DNA of 64,000 nt from the NCBI GenBank assembly GCA_021463845.1, contig JAJTXV010000002.1, positions 40,962-104,961 of the forward strand, in the 5' to 3' direction. The notes under the pieces were generated by a model. That model was given only the letters and a program-made list of their open reading frames with translations, did no database searches and was not told the origin of the DNA. This stretch comes from Anaerolineales bacterium. Its GTDB lineage: Bacteria; Chloroflexota; Anaerolineae; Anaerolineales; UBA11579. Positions 57,786 through 64,000 of this stretch are shown piece after piece; the stretch's first letter is position 1, and each line of letters starts with the position of its first letter. The translations under genes and the position numbers were made by a program.

Positions 57786-58763
57786 ATGAACATCTTCGTA
57801 AGTGGTGGCGCGGGGTATATCGGCTCGGCCGTAGCGGCAGACCTGCTGGCGGCCGGGCACCAGGTCACCGTGTACGACTCGCTGGTGACCGGGCACCGCC
57901 AAGCCGTGCCGGCTGGCGCTGATTTCATACAAGCCGACCTGGCCGATGAGGCCGCATTACGCTCCGTGCTGGGCGCCGCCAAGTACGAGGCTGTGCTGCA
58001 TTTCGCCGGCCTTATCGAAGCCGGCGAAAGCATGAAGGACCCCGGCAAGTACTTCGAATACAACGTAACCAACTCATTCAAGCTGATCGAAGCCGCACAG
58101 CAAGCCGGGGTGCAGCGCTTCGTATTCTCTTCCACTGCTGCGGTGTACCGCAGCAGTGATGAGCCGCTCAGCGAAGAATCGCCCCTTGGTCCGGAAAACA
58201 CCTATGGCCAGACCAAGCTGATGGTCGAACAAGCGCTCGACTGGTACCGCAAAGCGCACGGCCTGCGCTTTGCGGCCTTGCGTTACTTCAATGCCTCAGG
58301 CGCCACGCCTGACCGCGGCGAGGGCCACCAACCCGAGAGCCACCTCATCCCTCTGGTTCTGCAAGTGGCCCAAGGCCAGCGCGAAAGCATCGCCATCTAC
58401 GGCGATGACTACGAAACGCCGGATGGCACCTGCATCCGCGACTACATTCACCTGGCTGACCTGGCCTCTGCGCACATCCTGGCGCTGGATGCGTTGGCTG
58501 GGCGCGACCGGCTGGTCTACAACCTGGGCAGCGGCCGCGGTTACTCTGTGCTGGAAGTCATCGAGGCGGCCCGCAAGGCAACCGGCCACCCCATCCCGGC
58601 GGTGCGCAGTCCGCGCCGCCCCGGCGACGCCGCCCGCCTGGTAGCTTCCCCCGCCCTTATCCAACGCGAGCTGGGCTGGCAGACTGTACACTCCAGCCTG
58701 GAGAACATCATGGGCAGCGCCTGGGCCTGGCATCAAAGCCACCCGCGCGGCCACCACGCATGA
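57786..58763 (+). CDS. galE: UDP-glucose 4-epimerase
   Basis: GGAGYIGS Rossmann motif, YGQTK catalytic motif (YxxxK) and DGTCIRDYIHL. Confidence 0.9.
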   Translation: MNIFVSGGAGYIGSAVAADLLAAGHQVTVYDSLVTGHRQAVPAGADFIQADLADEAALRSVLGAAKYEAVLHFAGLIEAGESMKDPGKYFEYNVTNSFKLIEAAQQAGVQRFVFSSTAAVYRSSDEPLSEESPLGPENTYGQTKLMVEQALDWYRKAHGLRFAALRYFNASGATPDRGEGHQPESHLIPLVLQVAQGQRESIAIYGDDYETPDGTCIRDYIHLADLASAHILALDALAGRDRLVYNLGSGRGYSVLEVIEAARKATGHPIPAVRSPRRPGDAARLVASPALIQRELGWQTVHSSLENIMGSAWAWHQSHPRGHHA

Positions 58764-59188
58764 AGATCTACTTCGCCTGCTCCATCATCGGCGGCCGCCA
58801 GGACGAGGCGGCTTACCGCCACATCGTGCAGGCTATGCTGGACGATGGGCACGATGTACCCACGGCCGGCAACGCCGGCATCGTGGGCACAAACCATGCC
58901 GGCCTGGAGCCGGACATGGACCCGGTGGCGGTCTACAGCCGTGACACCGGCTGGATCGACGAAAGCGACACTCTCATCGCCGAGGTGAGCACGCCGTCTC
59001 ACGGCGTGGGCTACGAGATCGGCTACGCGCTGGAGCACCAGAAGCCGGTGCTGTGCATCTTCCGCCAGGGCGTGCGTGTCTCCAAGATGATCACGGGCAA
59101 CACCATGCCCGGTTTGCAAGTCGCTGAATATACCAATGAGCGCGAAGCGCTCGAGATCGTGCGCAATTTCCTGGCAAATCTAAGCTAG
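58760..59188 (+). CDS. Nucleoside 2-deoxyribosyltransferase-fold protein, DNPH1/Rcl-like (2'-deoxynucleoside 5'-phosphate N-hydrolase-like)
   Basis: MKIYFACSIIGGR...AEVSTPSHGVGYEIGYA...PVLCIF matches my recollection of the DNPH1 pattern. It has an ATGA overlap with galE. Confidence 0.65.
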   Translation: MKIYFACSIIGGRQDEAAYRHIVQAMLDDGHDVPTAGNAGIVGTNHAGLEPDMDPVAVYSRDTGWIDESDTLIAEVSTPSHGVGYEIGYALEHQKPVLCIFRQGVRVSKMITGNTMPGLQVAEYTNEREALEIVRNFLANLS

Positions 59189-60612
59189 CTCTTGGCCAGC
59201 GGCAGCACCACTGTAAAAATACTGCCTTCCCCCAGTTTTGAATCGACCCAAATACGGCCGCGGTGGTTCTCCACGATGGTCTTTACGATTGCCAACCCCA
59301 AACCGGTGCCCGGAATGCTGGGCAGCGCATTGGTGGCGCGGTAGAAGCGGTCAAAGATCTTGCCTTGCTCCTCAAGCGGAATGCCTGGGCCAGTATCGGC
59401 CACATGCAGGATAAGCTGCTTCTGCTCGCTACGCAGCATGACGCGTAGCTCGCCGCCGGCGGGCGTGTACTTGATGGCATTACCGATCAGGTTGGCCGCC
59501 ACCTGGCCCAGCTGGGTATGACTGCCAAGCACCGCCGGCAAGTTCTCCACCGGCGCCATTTTTAGCAAAAGTTTCTTATATTCTATCTGCGACTGAAAGG
59601 CATCAATTGTTTTCTCAATAATCGCGCCCATATCCACCGGCGCCAGTTCGTCGATCAGGCCGACTTCCACCCGGCCCAGGTCGAGCAGATCATCGATCAG
59701 CTCAGTGGTGGTGTGCACGCTGGTTTTGACCCGGCGGATGAATTCGGCCTGTTGAGGATTCACCGGCCCGGCGCGCTCGATCAACTCCACATAGCCCAGG
59801 ATGGCGGTGAGCGGGGAGCGCAGGTCATGCGAGACGGTGTTGACAAAATCCTTGCGCAAATGGTCCAGCTCGATCAGGTTGGTAATGTCGTGCAGGCTGA
59901 TGACCGTGCCCAGACCCTGGATGACCGACAAACGCGCGTTGTAGGTGCGGCCAGACGGGCTCTTCATCTCAGCACGGGCGTCTGCGCTGGCAGGCTTCTG
60001 CAGCAAGTCCTGCAGTTCTTTATTGGGCAGCACATCCTGCAGGCGGCGGCCGGCCGGGTCTTTGCTGCCGAGCGCAAACGCCTTGCGGAAGGCGCGGTTG
60101 ACCATGAGCACTTTGTGCTCGGCGTCCATCAGGATCACGCCGTCATTGACCTGCTGCAGGATGCTTTCCAACTCGGCCAGGCGGCGCGCCAGCGGGCCGG
60201 TGATGCGGCCGGTCTCGCGGCGCAGCCAGCCCTCCCAGCGGCGCTTGTGCTCCAGGCCGCGGCTGGCCGCCTCCAGCAGAACTTCGCTCTCCACCGGCAG
60301 GGTCAGATAGTCCACAAACCCCAGCTGGACGCCACGCAGCAATTGTTCTTGCGAAGCCTGTTGGGCGAGGAAAATGATGGGCAGCGTGGGATGGTTGGTC
60401 TTGATGTCCTGAGCCAGCTGGAAAGAATCCGCATCTGCAAAATCCCCCAAAAGCAGAAGATCCAGCTTGCCGCTGCGCAACAGGCGGCGCAGCTCACCGC
60501 CAGTGTGCACAAAGGCAACAGCATAGCCAGCTGGCTGCAGCACGTGCTCCGCCAGCTGTTTGCATTCGGTTTGGTCTGGCAAAGCCAGCAGCACTTGCTT
60601 AGCCACAGGCAC
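59185..60612 (-). CDS. Sensor histidine kinase with an N-terminal receiver-like (probably pseudo-receiver) domain, then PAS, HisKA and HATPase_c
   Basis: H-box SHDLRSPLTAI and the G-boxes DTGPGI and GTGLGLAI. The REC-like N-terminus lacks the canonical DD pocket, and the conserved Thr and Lys positions read A and L. GTG start. Confidence 0.8.
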   Translation of the reverse strand: MPVAKQVLLALPDQTECKQLAEHVLQPAGYAVAFVHTGGELRRLLRSGKLDLLLLGDFADADSFQLAQDIKTNHPTLPIIFLAQQASQEQLLRGVQLGFVDYLTLPVESEVLLEAASRGLEHKRRWEGWLRRETGRITGPLARRLAELESILQQVNDGVILMDAEHKVLMVNRAFRKAFALGSKDPAGRRLQDVLPNKELQDLLQKPASADARAEMKSPSGRTYNARLSVIQGLGTVISLHDITNLIELDHLRKDFVNTVSHDLRSPLTAILGYVELIERAGPVNPQQAEFIRRVKTSVHTTTELIDDLLDLGRVEVGLIDELAPVDMGAIIEKTIDAFQSQIEYKKLLLKMAPVENLPAVLGSHTQLGQVAANLIGNAIKYTPAGGELRVMLRSEQKQLILHVADTGPGIPLEEQGKIFDRFYRATNALPSIPGTGLGLAIVKTIVENHRGRIWVDSKLGEGSIFTVVLPLAKS

Positions 60613-60651
60613 GGAATAATAGCATGGGCGGGCTTTCTAACAATGCTCTTA

Positions 60652-60679
60652 TTGACTCGATGTAACAGGGTCATAGAAT
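60652..60679 (+). promoter_or_regulatory. Sigma-70-like promoter: TTGACT, 16-nt spacer, TAGAAT
   Basis: The -35 is at 60652-60657 and the -10 at 60674-60679, 22 nt upstream of the J-protein ATG. Confidence 0.45.
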
Positions 60680-60701
60680 ACAGAAACGACCCGAGCTGCA
60701 T

Positions 60702-61607
60702 ATGGAATACAAAGACTATTACAAAGTGCTTGGGGTTGGCCGGGACGCCAGCGCGGACGATATCAAAAAAGCCTATCGCAAACTGGCGCTGAAATATCAT
60801 CCAGACCGAAACCCAGGCGATAAAACCGCTGAAGATAAGTTCAAAGAGGTCAATGAGGCCAACCAGGTGCTCAGTGACCCGGAGAAGCGCGCCCACTATG
60901 ACCGCCTGGGCGGCGCCTACACTCAGTGGGAGCGTGGCGGCGGCCAGCCCGGCGGCTTTGATTGGGGCCAGTGGAGCCGCGGCGATGGCACTACGCGCGT
61001 GGAATATGCCGACCCGGCCGATGTGTTCGGCGGGCGCATGGGCGGCTTCTCTGACTTTTTCGAGCAGATCTTTGGCGGCGGGTTTGGCCAGACCGCTACG
61101 CGCCAGAGTGCACGCACCCGCCCTGCTCCGGCTTACGAGCAGCATATCAATATAAGTCTGGAAGAAGCGTTCCGCGGCGGCAGCCGCCTGCTCAGCCTGA
61201 ACGGCAAACGCCTTGAGGTCAAGATCCCGGCGGGCGCCCAAACCGGCACCAAGATCCGCATGGCCGGCGCCGCCAACGGCAGCGACCTGTACCTGATCGT
61301 GGATGTGGCCGCGGACGCGCGCTTCACGCGGGAAGGCGACAACCTGCGCACAGAGGTGCCGGTGGACCTGGCCACTGCGGCCGCCGGCGGCGAAGTGCGC
61401 GTGCCCACTATGGAGGGCGAAGTAGTGCTGACTGTGCCCGCCGGCACGCAGCCCGGCCAATCCTTCCGCCTAAAGGGCAAGGGCATGCCCAAGCTCAAGC
61501 AGCCCAGCACACGCGGCGACCTGTTTGCGCAAGCGCGCATACGCGTGCCCAAGATCACCAACCCGGAAGACAAAGAGCTTCTAAAGAAACTTTCGCAGAG
61601 CAGTTAA
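60702..61607 (+). CDS. J-domain co-chaperone, CbpA/class II DnaJ-like (no zinc-finger domain)
   Basis: J-domain YYKVLGV...KYHPDRN, a G/F-rich linker and DnaJ C-terminal domains. There are no CxxCxGxG repeats. Confidence 0.85.
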   Translation: MEYKDYYKVLGVGRDASADDIKKAYRKLALKYHPDRNPGDKTAEDKFKEVNEANQVLSDPEKRAHYDRLGGAYTQWERGGGQPGGFDWGQWSRGDGTTRVEYADPADVFGGRMGGFSDFFEQIFGGGFGQTATRQSARTRPAPAYEQHINISLEEAFRGGSRLLSLNGKRLEVKIPAGAQTGTKIRMAGAANGSDLYLIVDVAADARFTREGDNLRTEVPVDLATAAAGGEVRVPTMEGEVVLTVPAGTQPGQSFRLKGKGMPKLKQPSTRGDLFAQARIRVPKITNPEDKELLKKLSQSS

Positions 61608-61622
61608 CTCACAAGAGGTCCT

Positions 61623-62798
61623 ATGAAGACACAACGTTCCCGTTCGTTCCTTGCAGTCATCAGCGTGCTGGTGCTGGCGGCCCTGGCCTGCGGCACGATC
61701 CAGCTGCCGGATGCCAGCGAAGCCCTGCAGGATTTTGGTAATCAGGTACAAGAGCAGGTGGAGAACTTGCAGCTGCCGCAACTGCAGCAGCAACCCAATC
61801 CTGAAGTGCAAGTCTCCAGCGACATGCTCTCGCAGCAGGACGCGCTGATCTCGCTGTACGATGCAGTCAGCCCAGGGGTTGTGTCGATCGCCACGGTCTC
61901 CGGCCAGGGCGGAGCGCAAGGCTCCGGCTTTGTGTATGACCTGCAAGGTCACATCGTCACCAACTTCCACGTGGTGGAAGGCGCCCAATACATTGAAATC
62001 ACCTTCCCCTCCGGCTTCCAGGCCGTGGGTGAAGTGATCGGCGAAGACCGCGACTCGGACCTGGCCGTGCTCAAGATCGAGGCGCCGACCGAGGAGTTGT
62101 TCCCGGTGCAGCTGGGCGACTCGGACGCGCTGCAGGTAGGCCAGTACGTAGTGGCGATCGGCAATCCGTTCGGCCTGAGCGGCAGCATGAGCCTGGGCGT
62201 AGTGTCCAGCAAGGGGCGCACGCTTGAGTCGATGAACCTGGCGCCCAACTCCACGCAGTTCTTCAGCGCGGGCGACATCATCCAGACCGACGCGGCGATC
62301 AACCCGGGCAACTCGGGCGGCCCGCTGTTGAACCTGTACGGCGAAGTCGTGGGTGTGAACCGCGCCATCCGCTCGTTCAGCTTCAACGAATCCGGCGATG
62401 CGCTGAACTCCGGGATCGGCTTCGCCATCTCGGCCAACATTGTGAAGCGCGTGGTGCCGAGCCTGATCGAGTTTGGCGTGTACGAATACCCGTACCTGGG
62501 TCTGAGCAGCAGCTCCAACCTGAGCCTGGCGGCAGCCCAGCAGCTGGGGCTGGAGAACAACAACGGCGCCCTGGTGGCCAGCGTTGTGGAAGACGGCCCT
62601 TCCGCCCAGGCTGGCCTGCAGGAAGGCGACATGATCGTTGCGATCAATGGCCGCGTGGTCAAGAACTTTGACCAGCTGATCTCGTACCTGTTCGGGAACA
62701 CCGGGCCTGGTGATGTGGTGCTACTGGACGTCATTCGGGAGGGCCAGACCATGCAGATCAACCTGACCCTGGGCGCACGCCCGGTGACACCCCCGTAA
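61623..62798 (+). CDS. HtrA/DegP-family S1C serine protease with a PDZ domain (lipoprotein-type signal)
   Basis: Catalytic triad context TNFHVV, DSDLAVLK and GNSGGPL, with a C-terminal PDZ domain. LAALAC lipobox. Confidence 0.9.
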   Translation: MKTQRSRSFLAVISVLVLAALACGTIQLPDASEALQDFGNQVQEQVENLQLPQLQQQPNPEVQVSSDMLSQQDALISLYDAVSPGVVSIATVSGQGGAQGSGFVYDLQGHIVTNFHVVEGAQYIEITFPSGFQAVGEVIGEDRDSDLAVLKIEAPTEELFPVQLGDSDALQVGQYVVAIGNPFGLSGSMSLGVVSSKGRTLESMNLAPNSTQFFSAGDIIQTDAAINPGNSGGPLLNLYGEVVGVNRAIRSFSFNESGDALNSGIGFAISANIVKRVVPSLIEFGVYEYPYLGLSSSSNLSLAAAQQLGLENNNGALVASVVEDGPSAQAGLQEGDMIVAINGRVVKNFDQLISYLFGNTGPGDVVLLDVIREGQTMQINLTLGARPVTPP

Positions 62799-62816
62799 AA
62801 CAACATGAGAATGTGT

Positions 62817-62846
62817 AAAAAACGGCCCCGAAAGGGCCGTTTTTTA
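62817..62846 (+). terminator. Rho-independent terminator
   Basis: AAAAAACGGCCC-CGAAA-GGGCCGTTTTTT. Confidence 0.8.
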
Positions 62847-62888
62847 TTGTAGGCTATAAGTGTTCTCTGTTTCGCCAAAGGTTTACAA

Positions 62889-64000
62889 ATGAGGCGCCTA
62901 CAGACCACTGCGATCCTTTGTTCGGTTGCCGCTCTGGCCGCCGCCAGCCTTGCCTGCAGTGTAACGGTGGACTGGGGCAACGACCCTGTGGCTCGCTCCA
63001 CCGACGCTTCACTCCCATTCTCAGATGCCGCCCAACCAGTTATGCCAGGGATCGTGCTTTCGAGCGACCTGGCCAACCAGCAAGAGGCGCTGGTCTCTCT
63101 GTATGAGACCGCCAGCCAGGGCGTGGTATCGCTGGACATCGATTCGCCGATAGGCTTGCGGCATGGCGCGGGATTTGTGATCGACAAGGCCGGGCATATT
63201 GTGACCAACCAGCATGTGGTTGACCGGGCACGAGGGATCGAAGTTGTCTTCCACAACGGGGAGCGAGCCGCAGCTGTGGTGCTGGGCATCGATGTTGATT
63301 CGGATCTGGCGGTCATCAAAGTGGAAGTGCCTCCCGAGCAGCTGGTGCCCCTGGTCTTTGGCGATTCGGAGCAGGTGAAGGTGGGCCAGTTGGTGGTGGC
63401 CATCGGTAACCCCTTTGGGCTGGAGGGCAGCATGTCCACCGGAGTCGTGTCCAACCTGGCGCGCACCCTGCCAGGGCTTAACTCCACCCTGCTGAACGAG
63501 GAGAACATCTTTGCCGTGGGCGATCTGATCCAGACTGATGCGGCGATCAACCCCGGCAACTCCGGCGGGCCACTGCTGAACGTGTACGGCGAAGTGATCG
63601 GTGTGAACCGTGCCATCCGCACCCTGTATTACAACCAGGATAACCAAGCGCTAAGCTCGGGTGTAGGCTTTGCGATCTCCTCCAATGTGGTGCAGCGCAT
63701 CGTGCCATCACTGATCGAGAAGGGCCTGTACGAGTATCCCTTCATAGGGATGACCAGCCTGACCGACCTGACGCTGGCGATCGCTGAACAAGCCGGCTTG
63801 CCACATACGCGCGGGGCGTATGTGCGCCAGGTTTTGAGCGGCGGCCCGGCCGAGAAAGCGGGCCTGGCTGAGGGCGACCTGATCACCCAGATCAATGGCA
63901 AAGACCTCAACTCCTCCACAGAGTTGGCGGCTTACCTGTTGAGTCACAGCAGCCCCGGGGATGTGGTGAAGTTGATCGTGCTGCGAGTTGACCAGGAACT
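62889..64000 (+). CDS. Second HtrA/DegP-family serine protease, partial (3' end beyond the window)
   Basis: The frame is open from ATG 62889 to the window end. My translation gives MRRLQTTAILCSVAALAAASLAC...TNQHVV...DSDLAVIK...GNSGGPLL...PDZ. It is roughly half identical to the upstream paralog by eye. Confidence 0.85.
   Translation, partial: MRRLQTTAILCSVAALAAASLACSVTVDWGNDPVARSTDASLPFSDAAQPVMPGIVLSSDLANQQEALVSLYETASQGVVSLDIDSPIGLRHGAGFVIDKAGHIVTNQHVVDRARGIEVVFHNGERAAAVVLGIDVDSDLAVIKVEVPPEQLVPLVFGDSEQVKVGQLVVAIGNPFGLEGSMSTGVVSNLARTLPGLNSTLLNEENIFAVGDLIQTDAAINPGNSGGPLLNVYGEVIGVNRAIRTLYYNQDNQALSSGVGFAISSNVVQRIVPSLIEKGLYEYPFIGMTSLTDLTLAIAEQAGLPHTRGAYVRQVLSGGPAEKAGLAEGDLITQINGKDLNSSTELAAYLLSHSSPGDVVKLIVLRVDQE

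Noticed and set aside
59713-60792. 359-aa plus-strand ORF
   Set aside because: It is antisense to the histidine kinase and runs through the divergent promoter region.
60303-61460. 385-aa minus-strand ORF spanning the kinase N-terminus, the promoter region and the J-protein gene
   Set aside because: It crosses an intergenic promoter region and is antisense to a clear DnaJ homolog. It has no motifs.
61949-63622. 557-aa minus-strand ORF
   Set aside because: It is antisense to both HtrA paralogs. It is Ser/Pro/Thr/Arg-rich and low in complexity. The plus-strand genes carry catalytic triads and PDZ domains.

Overview
A 64-kb, GC-rich (about 60-63% by eye), densely coding bacterial chromosomal segment. 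I saw no rRNA, tRNA, CRISPR array, transposase or integrase. Gene content suggests a GC-rich monoderm-type lineage such as Chloroflexota or Actinomycetota (low confidence): the SCO1664/DUF3090/phosphomutase trio, a sortase, SdrD-like and DUF3048 domains, a T-box leader and short intergenic repeats.

Most of the window is housekeeping:
- An extended nusA-ylxR-infB-rbfA-nrnA-truB-ribF-thyA-folA gene string on the minus strand.
- trpS behind a Trp T-box leader, plus acnA, rarA, holB, pcrA, galE, surE, a CCA-adding enzyme and a heterodimeric ABC exporter pair.
- A TPP-riboswitch-controlled thiamine salvage/uptake operon.
- Two sensor kinases, an ECF sigma factor, a cell-envelope cluster (FHA membrane protein, heparinase II/III-like, GT4, sortase, MFS) and a CbpA-like J-protein followed by two tandem HtrA paralogs.

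I found no clear-cut novel multi-gene system. The points most worth follow-up are:
- An overlapping DEDDh exonuclease and nucleotidyltransferase-like gene pair cut by the left window edge.
- The function-unknown kinase-like/DUF3090/phosphomutase trio, set in a six-gene string.
- A 497-aa protein I cannot assign to any family.
- A small beta-barrel protein fused to a 97-aa histone-H1-like KAKAKP tail.
- A perfect 24-bp palindrome centred on the holB start codon.
- A DUF4126 gene paired with an RG/SG-rich tail-anchored protein behind a structured leader.
- A low-GC gene for a membrane protein with no recognisable family.
- A cluster of intergenic repeats after acnA.

Many long ORFs in the supplied track are antisense artefacts typical of high-GC DNA, and I rejected them. 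Small-feature coordinates were counted by hand and may be off by 1-2 nt.
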